Shown here piece after piece: positions 36,099 to 43,618 of a DNA stretch of 44,101 nucleotides. The stretch is taken from the sequence record OZ035805.1. One strand, written 5' to 3'. The position numbers and the translations under genes were made by a program. The stretch's first letter is position 1; every line of letters starts with the position of its first letter. The DNA is from Kagunavirus BCH953P1. The notes beneath the pieces are model-generated. The model ran no database searches. It was not told where the DNA came from and saw only the letters and a program-made list of their open reading frames with translations.

Positions 36099-36375
36099 AC
36101 ATAATCGCACCTATTGACATTATGAAAATCTTCGTTTAAGGTGCTTCTATATCTTAGTTACTTTGATTCCTGTTCACCTTGTAAGAATGTTTAACCCGTG
36201 CGTCAAGCAAAGGGTTAAACACAGGCTTACTGAACACGAGAATTATCATAACTTTCCTTCCTTAGTATCTCCGGTTGCCCTGGGCAAGCTATATTCTCAT
36301 CAACGGCATATCTCTTAAGTATCTGATTTTCTTAATGTGCCGTAGATTCGCAACCGTAAAAATGTAACCCTTACC

Positions 36376-36403
36376 GGGCGGGCTTAAGGCCCGCCCTTTA
36401 GTT
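36376..36403 (+). terminator. terminator-like hairpin
   Basis: stem GGGCGGGC / GCCCGCCC with TTAAG loop followed by TTTAGTT, within a 450-bp intergenic region. Confidence 0.45.
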
Positions 36404-36468
36404 ACAAAGTAATAAGAATAAAGGCACGACCCTGCCTGAAGAATCACAACGGCAACGTAACTATTCTC

Positions 36469-36497
36469 TTGCACACCCCAACATAATAGGATACTAT
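36469..36497 (+). promoter_or_regulatory. promoter-like element TTGCAC-17-TACTAT with AATAG-N4-CTATT palindrome
   Basis: same architecture as repeats at 4237-4265 and 13782-13810; 35 nt upstream of gene start 36532. Confidence 0.5.
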
Positions 36498-36531
36498 TCA
36501 CTTATCGTAACGAGACAGAGGAGTGAGGGTT

Positions 36532-36717
36532 ATGTTTAAGAAGGGTCAGTTGGTGAAGATTTTGGAGACCGGAGAGTTAGCGGTTATCTCATTTATGCAC
36601 CACAGAGAATATGAGGTCTATTTTGCTAAATCTTTAACGGAGTCCTATCTCACCGTGCTATACGCGCAAGATATGAAACTCATCGGCAACAATTTTAAAT
36701 TCAAAGGGGCGAAGTGA
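36532..36717 (+). CDS. hypothetical small protein
   Basis: 61 aa from ATG with AGGAG SD 8 nt upstream (track ORF starts with GTG at 36523). Confidence 0.5.
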   Translation: MFKKGQLVKILETGELAVISFMHHREYEVYFAKSLTESYLTVLYAQDMKLIGNNFKFKGAK

Positions 36718-36917
36718 TGGAAGAATTATTTGAGGAACTGAAACATCATGAGTTCGAGGAGATATATTTTGTAGCTGGACGCTACGAGGCGCATTTAGTG
36801 GACGGGATTACACTTATTACGGTGGATAGCCTGCAAATGTTAAATAGCTTACGTGCGCTACGAACGGCATCGAATCATGATGCTCGTGCCGACGACTCTG
36901 AGGGAGGTTGCCGTTGA
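36717..36917 (+). CDS. hypothetical protein
   Basis: 66 aa; overlapping start and stop with neighbours. Confidence 0.45.
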   Translation: MEELFEELKHHEFEEIYFVAGRYEAHLVDGITLITVDSLQMLNSLRALRTASNHDARADDSEGGCR

Positions 36918-37174
36918 TGAATAATACTGAACTGAAAACAGTAGCGGAATATAACCGTAAAATACGGGTCATGCGTCGTGGTGCGGGGCTGGAGCAGTTC
37001 TATAACATGTGGCGCATTGCGACGCGCGACCCTGAGTTTCTTCAGACAGGTTATTATTCCATTAAAGGCATTATCCCGATTCGTGCACGTAAGGATTATG
37101 GTTGGGTTCGTGAGACCCCTAATCTTTTGTGGTGCTGGTATTGTGGTGAATTCTGGGTAAGGGTTAAGGACTGA
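36917..37174 (+). CDS. hypothetical protein
   Basis: 85 aa; GGGAGG SD; ATGA overlap with upstream gene. Confidence 0.5.
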   Translation: MNNTELKTVAEYNRKIRVMRRGAGLEQFYNMWRIATRDPEFLQTGYYSIKGIIPIRARKDYGWVRETPNLLWCWYCGEFWVRVKD

Positions 37175-37245
37175 GTTATGAATAATTACCCGTTTATTTT
37201 AATCGTCAGCGTCGTTTATGTGGCGCACGTGTTGTGGGGTTTGGT

Positions 37246-37446
37246 ATGAGCAAGTGGATTAAGTGTAGTGAGCGGATGCCGCGCTGCGAGCCGGGTAGGT
37301 GGTCAAAAGATGTTATTGCACTAAGTGATACTGGGGAGGTGTTTCGTCTGGCCTGTCAAGGTGAATACTGGCAAAGAACGTCAGCGTTCGTTGAATCAGG
37401 TTCAGAAAAAGTGGTTGCATGGATGCCGTTCCCTGATGAGGACTAA
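37246..37446 (+). CDS. DUF551-like protein
   Basis: 66 aa; WIKCSERMP...WMPFPD motif shared with ORF at 37597. Confidence 0.55.
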   Translation: MSKWIKCSERMPRCEPGRWSKDVIALSDTGEVFRLACQGEYWQRTSAFVESGSEKVVAWMPFPDED

Positions 37447-37449
37447 GTT

Positions 37450-37593
37450 ATGAGAGAAGCATTTGAACGGTGGGCCGTCATCGAGGGTCTGCCGGTCAAC
37501 AAGGGTTCAAAGAAAGAGTACCTGAACGTTAAGACCCGTCTCGCGTGGCGGGCGTGGAGAGCTGGTGTGCAAGCGGTTATGGACCGGGGGTGA
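37450..37593 (+). CDS. hypothetical small protein
   Basis: 47 aa ORF filling the gap between the two DUF551-like genes. Confidence 0.35.
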   Translation: MREAFERWAVIEGLPVNKGSKKEYLNVKTRLAWRAWRAGVQAVMDRG

Positions 37594-37596
37594 GAT

Positions 37597-37782
37597 ATGG
37601 GCGAGTGGATTAGGTGTAGTGAACGGATGCCGGAGCCTTATGAATACGTTCTTGTAACTGATTGTTTTGTTGGCTGTGAGGTTATGCGTGTTAATTCAGA
37701 TGGCTACTGGGGGCCCGCAAAGAGTTTATATCACGGTGATATCACCCACTGGATGCCATTACCGGAGCCGCCAGAAGCGTGA
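37597..37782 (+). CDS. DUF551-like protein (paralog)
   Basis: 61 aa; WIRCSERMP...WMPLPEPPE motif. Confidence 0.55.
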   Translation: MGEWIRCSERMPEPYEYVLVTDCFVGCEVMRVNSDGYWGPAKSLYHGDITHWMPLPEPPEA

Positions 37783-37949
37783 TGTTATATTGTAACAATA
37801 GCTTGGGATTTTACTGAGTGACTTACGCTGCTGTGCAGCAGCGTACAACTTTAACTTAGTGTCGTCAAAAGGTGACACTTTTCACCAAACGCAACAATCG
37901 AGGCGACTATTGCAGGAGATGCAACAATACAAACACCAATAAAATTTAC

Positions 37950-37978
37950 TTGCACACTGAGATAGAATAGGCTACTGT
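37950..37978 (+). promoter_or_regulatory. promoter-like element TTGCAC-17-TACTGT with AATAG-N4-CTGTT palindrome
   Basis: same architecture as 36469-36497 with one mismatch in the palindrome; upstream of ORF 38010. Confidence 0.45.
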
Positions 37979-38009
37979 TCATTTACACAAACGAGAGGAG
38001 AGATAGAAG

Positions 38010-38159
38010 ATGGTTACTTTGATGGTTATGGAGTTTGAAAACAGCGTAGCAACTTACCGTGAGATGACTATGGTGCAGGCGTATCACCTGGCATCAAACG
38101 GCAACTTCTACAAGGCTCAAATCATCAACGAGTTCGGGGTAATTGACTATGAATTTTAA
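38010..38159 (+). CDS. hypothetical small protein
   Basis: 49 aa; GAGAGGAGAG SD. Confidence 0.35.
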   Translation: MVTLMVMEFENSVATYREMTMVQAYHLASNGNFYKAQIINEFGVIDYEF

Positions 38160-38421
38160 CAGCTACACCGTTACCGTTGATTTTGAGGGGCTGGAGTTGC
38201 CCCTCCCCAACAACTACCGATATGTCACGCGCGACCGTAACGGGTTTATCCAGGGGTGGAGGAACAAACCGACAGATACTGAGTTCGGGATGTCGGGCGG
38301 CGAAGAGTTGCCGATTACTTTCGGGCATCAGAGTAGCAACGAAGAGCTTAAAACTGTGATTCGTAAGTATCGCCGCCGCGGTAACACTGGGCTTATAGCA
38401 ATAACAGGTGCTGTTGAATAG
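38149..38421 (+). CDS. hypothetical protein
   Basis: 90 aa from first ATG (track ORF starts with TTG at 38143). Confidence 0.5.
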   Translation: MNFNSYTVTVDFEGLELPLPNNYRYVTRDRNGFIQGWRNKPTDTEFGMSGGEELPITFGHQSSNEELKTVIRKYRRRGNTGLIAITGAVE

Positions 38422-38439
38422 ACGAGAGGAGAGACAGAG

Positions 38440-38658
38440 ATGTTCCTGGAATGTAAATCCTATGATGGATATTGGGCGCTGACTAAAAATGACTTATACC
38501 ACCTAAAAGAGGACGGCGACGAGAGCCGCTGCTACGTAATAGACGACAACGGCACTGAACTTGATGTCTATTACACCGGTTATGGCCGATGGGCGCTATC
38601 CGCTGACGATGACTTTGTGTTCGAAGAATATAACGGAGAGGAATCAGAAGATGAGTAA
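38440..38658 (+). CDS. hypothetical acidic protein
   Basis: 72 aa; strong SD GAGAGGAGAGA. Confidence 0.5.
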   Translation: MFLECKSYDGYWALTKNDLYHLKEDGDESRCYVIDDNGTELDVYYTGYGRWALSADDDFVFEEYNGEESEDE

Positions 38659-39160
38659 CAAAAACGAAGTATTCGAGTACCTGATTGACCAGTTACGACA
38701 GCAGGTAACTAACAACCCGCACAAGCAACAGTGCGAAGACCTGGCGCATGAGGTGCAGTCGCTTAAGAATCAGTTACGTGATGCGTCGGCGCTGGTGGCT
38801 GAGTTGCAGGAAACAATAAAACTAATGAATGAGGACTTCGACAGTGTAACCAACCGCGGCGGCCCACTGCCTAAAGGGAAGAGCTACGTAGTAGGCGAAC
38901 ACGGACCAGAGCAATCCGGTTGCCGTAAGGAAGATACTCAGGAATGCGAGCACTCTTGGATTATTATGCCTGGGTTGTTTCTCAGCGAAGGCAATACGAA
39001 CAACGTTCCTGGTAGTGAGCTTTGCTCTAAATGTGGTAAACGTGAGTGGGACGACAAGGAATATAAACCGAAAAACGATACACAGGAGTGCGAGCATGAA
39101 TGGGAATATTATTACCCCGACGGTAGGCGTTGTACCAAATGCGGGGTGATAAACTTATGA
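38651..39160 (+). CDS. coiled-coil protein with two zinc-ribbon-like repeats
   Basis: 169 aa; repeats DTQECEHSW-x17-CSKCG and DTQECEHEW-x11-CTKCG. Confidence 0.5.
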   Translation: MSNKNEVFEYLIDQLRQQVTNNPHKQQCEDLAHEVQSLKNQLRDASALVAELQETIKLMNEDFDSVTNRGGPLPKGKSYVVGEHGPEQSGCRKEDTQECEHSWIIMPGLFLSEGNTNNVPGSELCSKCGKREWDDKEYKPKNDTQECEHEWEYYYPDGRRCTKCGVINL

Positions 39161-39301
39161 CCAGCATCTTATTTATCTGGGTGAGTTCAAAACACAGGAA
39201 CGCGCAGCAATCGCTAATCGGTTATTTAATTACTGGAAATCGCTGGGGTACGATGATATTCCAACGAAACCGCAGAGACGACAATACATCTGGAGACATA
39301 A

Positions 39302-39742
39302 ATGACTACAATCGCGTTTGACGGAAAGACAATGGCCTGCGACACCCGTGTTGTGTGCGGAAGTAACTGCTACAACACTGACACAAAGATATACGAGAAT
39401 GATTTTGCTGTTATTGGGGTGGCTGGTGATGCTGGAGTAGGGGCTATGCTTATCGATTGCTCTGGTATTCTTCTGGCAAAGCACTATGACTTCGATTTCG
39501 AAGCTCTGGTGTTCGTGAAAGACACAGAAAAGGTGTACAAAGTTGCGTTTTATAAATCATGGGATTGCGCACTAAGTTCGGTTATCCCTGTTGCCGATGT
39601 GCGCGCTGCCGTAGGGTCCGGCGCCCCTTATGCACTGGCGGCTATGTATTTGGGTGAAACCGCAACACGTGCGATTACTGTAGCCGCGCAATTCGACACT
39701 AACACTGGGGGCAAGGTTATTACCAAACAACTATTAAGATAA
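39302..39742 (+). CDS. HslV/proteasome-beta-like Ntn-hydrolase family protein (putative)
   Basis: 146 aa; N-terminus MTTIAFDG (Thr directly after Met) and GSGAPYALAAM signature resembling HslV MTTIV... and GSGGPYAQAA; GGAG SD. Confidence 0.55.
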   Translation: MTTIAFDGKTMACDTRVVCGSNCYNTDTKIYENDFAVIGVAGDAGVGAMLIDCSGILLAKHYDFDFEALVFVKDTEKVYKVAFYKSWDCALSSVIPVADVRAAVGSGAPYALAAMYLGETATRAITVAAQFDTNTGGKVITKQLLR

Positions 39743-39801
39743 TTCCTACCCGTGCTATCCTCCAGTTACTGCATACTTAATACGCACCTGGAGGATTCAT
39801 C

Positions 39802-40110
39802 TTGGATAAATTTACTGAAACAGTGACAGGCTGGCTTCTCGCTGCCGCGCTAGCCGGAGGGGTAATCGGACTACGACAACATAAGTCCGTTATTTCTGGC
39901 CCTATCGACGGATTCTGCTTTATCGCAACGGGCTTCACTTGCGCCGTATTTGGAGCACCTCTCGCAGCTCAATGGTTCGGTATCACGGGCGACCGTGAAA
40001 TCGCGGGCCTGGGCTTCATTATCGCCGTTCTCTGGATGCCTATCTATTCCCGTCTCTCCGGTATCGTCGCCGGAGAATACATCGCACGTCGAGGAGGCCC
40101 AGATGAATGA
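39802..40110 (+). CDS. holin (putative)
   Basis: 102 aa with multiple hydrophobic TM segments and charged C-terminus; immediately upstream of lysozyme cassette. Confidence 0.65.
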   Translation: MDKFTETVTGWLLAAALAGGVIGLRQHKSVISGPIDGFCFIATGFTCAVFGAPLAAQWFGITGDREIAGLGFIIAVLWMPIYSRLSGIVAGEYIARRGGPDE

Positions 40111-40375
40111 GTTATTCTGGTTCGGTGGTATGCTGGCAATCGGAGGCACATCGCTGTTTAATGTGTACCATCCGAGTATTGACGACGGGCTATTTGGCCG
40201 GGTGCTCTATATCCTGACTGCTATCGTCTGCGCTGCCGGATGTATCCACCTGTTACAGGGCTGCATGTCGCCAACGCTGCCTGAGACATTAATCACATTA
40301 GTTGCGCTGCGCCAGATTCGCCAGGCGTGGCTGGCATACGGAGGACATAAGCGTGTCTCGAAACATTTCAGATAA
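40103..40375 (+). CDS. membrane protein (second holin/antiholin-like)
   Basis: 90 aa, two TM segments; ATGAATGA overlap with holin stop; ends at lysozyme start. Confidence 0.5.
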   Translation: MNELFWFGGMLAIGGTSLFNVYHPSIDDGLFGRVLYILTAIVCAAGCIHLLQGCMSPTLPETLITLVALRQIRQAWLAYGGHKRVSKHFR

Positions 40376-40841
40376 TGGATTGCATTTCACCGCCGCGTTT
40401 GAGGGGTTCCGCGGAACTGCGTACCGCGCTACGCCGAACGAGAAGTACCTGACCATAGGCTACGGTCACTACGGACCGGACGTAACACCTGGCAAGACCA
40501 TCACGCCAGGTCAGGGCCTCCTGTTACTGAATCGCGATATGGCTAAGGCCGTAGCTGCGGTTGATGCGGCGGCGCACCATTCACTGACGCAGGCGCAGTT
40601 TGATGCTGTGTGCGACCTGGTCTATAACGCGGGTGCTGGTGTGATTGCCGCTACTACCGGCACGGGCAAGGCGCTGCGTTCTGGAGATGTTACGACACTG
40701 CGGGCCAAGCTGGCGCTGTTCATCAACCAGAACGGCAAACCGTTACTCGGCCTGCGTCGCCGTACCGCCGGTCGTCTGGCTCTGTTCGACGGCAAACCAT
40801 GGCAAGAGGCAGAGGCTATCGGGCGCGCGGTGAAAGGTTGA
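40353..40841 (+). CDS. endolysin, phage lysozyme (GH24-like)
   Basis: GTG start with GGAGGA SD; motifs FEGFRGTAY, TIGYGH and DLVYNAG typical of T4/lambda-type lysozymes. Confidence 0.8.
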   Translation: MSRNISDNGLHFTAAFEGFRGTAYRATPNEKYLTIGYGHYGPDVTPGKTITPGQGLLLLNRDMAKAVAAVDAAAHHSLTQAQFDAVCDLVYNAGAGVIAATTGTGKALRSGDVTTLRAKLALFINQNGKPLLGLRRRTAGRLALFDGKPWQEAEAIGRAVKG

Positions 40842-40906
40842 CACCTGAGACTAATCCGACGATACTTAAATCACCTCCTGCTCCATCCCTCTACTCTCCA
40901 GTTTTA

Positions 40907-40940
40907 TCCCGGCCCTGACCCAGCCGGGATTTTTTTTTTA
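40907..40940 (+). terminator. rho-independent terminator
   Basis: stem TCCCGGC / GCCGGGA with 9-nt loop followed by T10. Confidence 0.8.
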
Positions 40941-40961
40941 TCTATTTTCTGCAATGACTAG

Positions 40962-40990
40962 TTGACTATTACTCTCACACCAATTATATT
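40962..40990 (+). promoter_or_regulatory. sigma70-type promoter TTGACT-17-TATATT
   Basis: hexamers at 40962-40967 and 40985-40990, 33 nt upstream of ORF 41024. Confidence 0.55.
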
Positions 40991-41023
40991 TACTCCATCG
41001 ACAACGAGAACGGAGTAGAGAAG

Positions 41024-41272
41024 ATGAGTAACGTATCGACGATAGAAATAACCGAGGAACTTGAAGCTAAATGCATCGCATGGACTATGGATAACGACCC
41101 GGTTGCTATGCGTAAATTTCCAATGAAAATCACGGATACCGAGGCATTCAAAGACGCACAACTGATGGCACGTATAGCCGTTAGTAACCTGAGCAACAGC
41201 ATTCCGGCAGATGCGTTCTGGTTCGCCGCGATGCAGACACTGAAAGCAGCTTATGCAGGAGAGAAGAAATGA
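41024..41272 (+). CDS. hypothetical protein
   Basis: 82 aa; GGAGTAGAGAAG SD. Confidence 0.5.
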   Translation: MSNVSTIEITEELEAKCIAWTMDNDPVAMRKFPMKITDTEAFKDAQLMARIAVSNLSNSIPADAFWFAAMQTLKAAYAGEKK

Positions 41273-41433
41273 TTAAGTTAGCTACTGATTTAGTCCCTGG
41301 CGATGTTCTATTCATAGATAACCGCGACGGCGGGTATTTTGTGGAGGTTAAACGCGTATTCGAGGACTCGGGTATTTTAGTTGTTAACGGTGACATTGTA
41401 TTCCTGACTACCGATTATGTTGAGGTTAAGTGA
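41269..41433 (+). CDS. small protein, paralog family A (SH3-like)
   Basis: 54 aa; ATGA overlap; paralogous to 41588 and 25848 ORFs. Confidence 0.45.
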   Translation: MIKLATDLVPGDVLFIDNRDGGYFVEVKRVFEDSGILVVNGDIVFLTTDYVEVK

Positions 41434-41591
41434 TGAGCGAACAAGGCCCGGCAAGCCGACCATTACGCGTAGGCCGTAAAGTTAGTCACACCCCGTTCCC
41501 GACACGCGAGGAACTGATGAAACGCAACAGTTTCCCGGGGCCGGACAAGAACAAGTATCTCAATCGCATGTGGGGAGAGCGTAAAGTATGA
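41433..41591 (+). CDS. hypothetical small protein
   Basis: 52 aa; TGATG overlap. Confidence 0.4.
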   Translation: MSEQGPASRPLRVGRKVSHTPFPTREELMKRNSFPGPDKNKYLNRMWGERKV

Positions 41592-41758
41592 AAAAGTTAA
41601 TTGCAGATGTTGAGCTGGGCGATGTTATCCGTATCGATGACGGCTACGGCGGCTACGATGTAGAGGTGAAGCGAATCGATTGGGATTCTATGCTGCCGTT
41701 TGTCACTATTAATCGTGAAATCATGTTCGCCAAAACTGATTTAGTAGAGGTTCGATAA
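41588..41758 (+). CDS. small protein, paralog family A (SH3-like)
   Basis: 56 aa; MKKLIADVELGDVIRIDDGYGGYDVEVKR resembles MIKLATDLVPGDVLFIDNRDGGYFVEVKR. Confidence 0.45.
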   Translation: MKKLIADVELGDVIRIDDGYGGYDVEVKRIDWDSMLPFVTINREIMFAKTDLVEVR

Positions 41759-41982
41759 TGACTAACAACGAATACGAGAAACTTAGCGTCGAATCCGCGA
41801 CTGGTGAATCTGAAATAGCGTGGATTGACGTCCACATCGAACACCACTTACGGCAGGTAGATAATCTTATGGAACGCCGCCGTGAACTGATTAACCGCTT
41901 CAACCTGAACAAGGGGTTCGCTATTTCTGATGATTTCGATGGAGATTACCGAAATGGCGATTTTTATGAGGGGGCTGAATAA
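41758..41982 (+). CDS. hypothetical protein
   Basis: 74 aa; TAATG overlap. Confidence 0.5.
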   Translation: MTNNEYEKLSVESATGESEIAWIDVHIEHHLRQVDNLMERRRELINRFNLNKGFAISDDFDGDYRNGDFYEGAE

Positions 41983-42221
41983 TGCCTAAAATCACAATCG
42001 CATCGCTCGAGCGCCGTGTTCTGGTGCTTGAGTCGGAGAAACAGACGTTAGGCGGGCAACTGTCAATCAACGGTGAGTTTCAACTGGAGGCGTTTAAGTT
42101 GTTGCTTGATAAGTTGAAAGAGGGTGAAAAGCCTTGCGAGCATGATTACTATCTACATGTGGTTGGTGGGTTACATCGCGCCACGTGCATTAAGTGCGGT
42201 GAAGCGTATGGAGTTGCCTAA
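41982..42221 (+). CDS. coiled-coil protein with zinc-ribbon-like motif
   Basis: 79 aa; CEHDYY-x12-CIKCG resembles the repeats in ORF 38651. Confidence 0.5.
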   Translation: MPKITIASLERRVLVLESEKQTLGGQLSINGEFQLEAFKLLLDKLKEGEKPCEHDYYLHVVGGLHRATCIKCGEAYGVA

Positions 42222-42390
42222 ACCAGTAGTTATCGATGGCGTACTGTGGAAACCCTACTCGGTTAACCACATCGACGCAGACGGGAAGAAGTTTAGCTTC
42301 TACATTTTTGCAATTAGCCGGGAGCACGCCGCCTGCGTGGTAGACGATATACGAGAAACGGCGTGGCTTGGTGATGAGATAGTGGGGTAA
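42208..42390 (+). CDS. hypothetical small protein
   Basis: 60 aa from first ATG (track ORF starts with GTG at 42124); start uncertain. Confidence 0.4.
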   Translation: MELPKPVVIDGVLWKPYSVNHIDADGKKFSFYIFAISREHAACVVDDIRETAWLGDEIVG

Positions 42391-42392
42391 TT

Positions 42393-42623
42393 ATGTTTCA
42401 CGAACTGAAGATATTACCTGAGCATTTTGAGCCTGTTATGGCAGGAATCAAGCTGGCGGAACTTCGATTAAACGACCGCGACTTCAAGGAAGATGACACT
42501 CTGTGTCTGCGAGAATACGAAAACGGTGAATACACAGGCCGTATCGTTTACCGCCGCATCATTCATGTTGCGGACGTAGGGGTTTACCTACCCGGGTACG
42601 TGCTATTAAGTATGGAGGATTGA
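42393..42623 (+). CDS. DUF3850-like small protein (putative)
   Basis: 76 aa; pattern LKILPEHFEPV...LRLNDRDF...TGR recalled as DUF3850-like. Confidence 0.45.
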   Translation: MFHELKILPEHFEPVMAGIKLAELRLNDRDFKEDDTLCLREYENGEYTGRIVYRRIIHVADVGVYLPGYVLLSMED

Positions 42624-42625
42624 TT

Positions 42626-42796
42626 ATGTTCAGCGACATCAACGCAGCAATCGAAGAGGCAATCTGGCGTCGTTACAACGGCGAGCAACAGCGGCACTTC
42701 TGCCTGGTGCAACGCGGTAACATGATTGCCGTAGTGCAGGACCGCGATAACAAATATCCGAATGCGATGTGGACAACGAGGAATTTCTTAGAATGA
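42626..42796 (+). CDS. hypothetical small protein
   Basis: 56 aa; GGAGGA SD 6 nt upstream. Confidence 0.4.
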   Translation: MFSDINAAIEEAIWRRYNGEQQRHFCLVQRGNMIAVVQDRDNKYPNAMWTTRNFLE

Positions 42797-43029
42797 TTAC
42801 CAGCATTCCGAACCTGATTAAAGAATTCGGCACGATGGCGGAGACATGCCGACAAACCGGCATCAACGAAATGACGATTGCGAAGTACAGCAAAGACGTG
42901 AACTGCGAGCGCCACGTAATTTATAACAACCGTCTGATGACGCACGTTAAAACAAGCCCGGTGTTATTCACGCGCCGGGGTATCACTAAAACTGAGCAAC
43001 GCATCGCTAAAGAGGAGAGCGGAGAATGA
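42793..43029 (+). CDS. hypothetical protein
   Basis: 78 aa from ATG in ATGA overlap (track ORF starts with GTG at 42769). Confidence 0.5.
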   Translation: MITSIPNLIKEFGTMAETCRQTGINEMTIAKYSKDVNCERHVIYNNRLMTHVKTSPVLFTRRGITKTEQRIAKEESGE

Positions 43030-43226
43030 GCGAAAAACTATTGTTACTTATGCTGCATACGCTTATTGATGACAACGGACAGGTGGTATTCCAGTTTACC
43101 GGGCGAGATGACCTCCTAATCGACGTCTACGGTGGGACATTTGCTATTGGCGACGAGTTTGTAGAAAGAGGGGCTGCATTCCAGTATCTAAGCGACAATT
43201 ACGACGTGCTGGAAGATATTTGCTGA
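43026..43226 (+). CDS. hypothetical protein
   Basis: 66 aa; ATGA overlap. Confidence 0.5.
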   Translation: MSEKLLLLMLHTLIDDNGQVVFQFTGRDDLLIDVYGGTFAIGDEFVERGAAFQYLSDNYDVLEDIC

Positions 43227-43341
43227 TGAGACTACTAATCATCCCGAACGCCTGGGCTATCGCCGTAGCTAATGACCATTACGGCGGCGACGGTAAAAGA
43301 GCACCGCGGCACCGCATATACAACTGATTGGAGAGTGAAAA

Positions 43342-43491
43342 ATGGTTGAATTCGATGATGTTTCATTTGAGGAGCGCATAGACCGGGTTGTTTTAATAGT
43401 GTATTGGGGTTTTTACTCAAAAGCATTCGAAGGCGACACGAAAGCAGATTGCATAAATCAATTACTGCAATGGGCCGCAAGCCGAAAGTAA
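43342..43491 (+). CDS. hypothetical small protein
   Basis: 49 aa; GGAGAG SD; terminator immediately downstream. Confidence 0.35.
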   Translation: MVEFDDVSFEERIDRVVLIVYWGFYSKAFEGDTKADCINQLLQWAASRK

Positions 43492-43499
43492 CAACACCA

Positions 43500-43527
43500 A
43501 AAGCCCTCCGTAGAGGGCTTTTCTGTA
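43500..43527 (+). terminator. rho-independent terminator
   Basis: stem AAAGCCCTC / GAGGGCTTT with CGTA loop followed by TTCTGT. Confidence 0.55.
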
Positions 43528-43618
43528 CATCACGCCTAATCCCCTTATATAATCCATTTAGACGCGTAGGGCGCGTCTTATGCGCTCTGATGGTCAGACG
43601 CATATGCAAGGGGATTCT

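Noticed and set aside
36289-36501. 70-aa minus-strand ORF in the divergent intergenic region
   Set aside because: No SD; overlaps the terminator-like hairpin and the plus-strand promoter element; more likely regulatory DNA
43525-43553. Possible promoter TGTACA-18-TATAAT upstream of the TerS-like gene
   Set aside because: Perfect -10 but poor -35 and 18-nt spacing; too weak to call without transcript data
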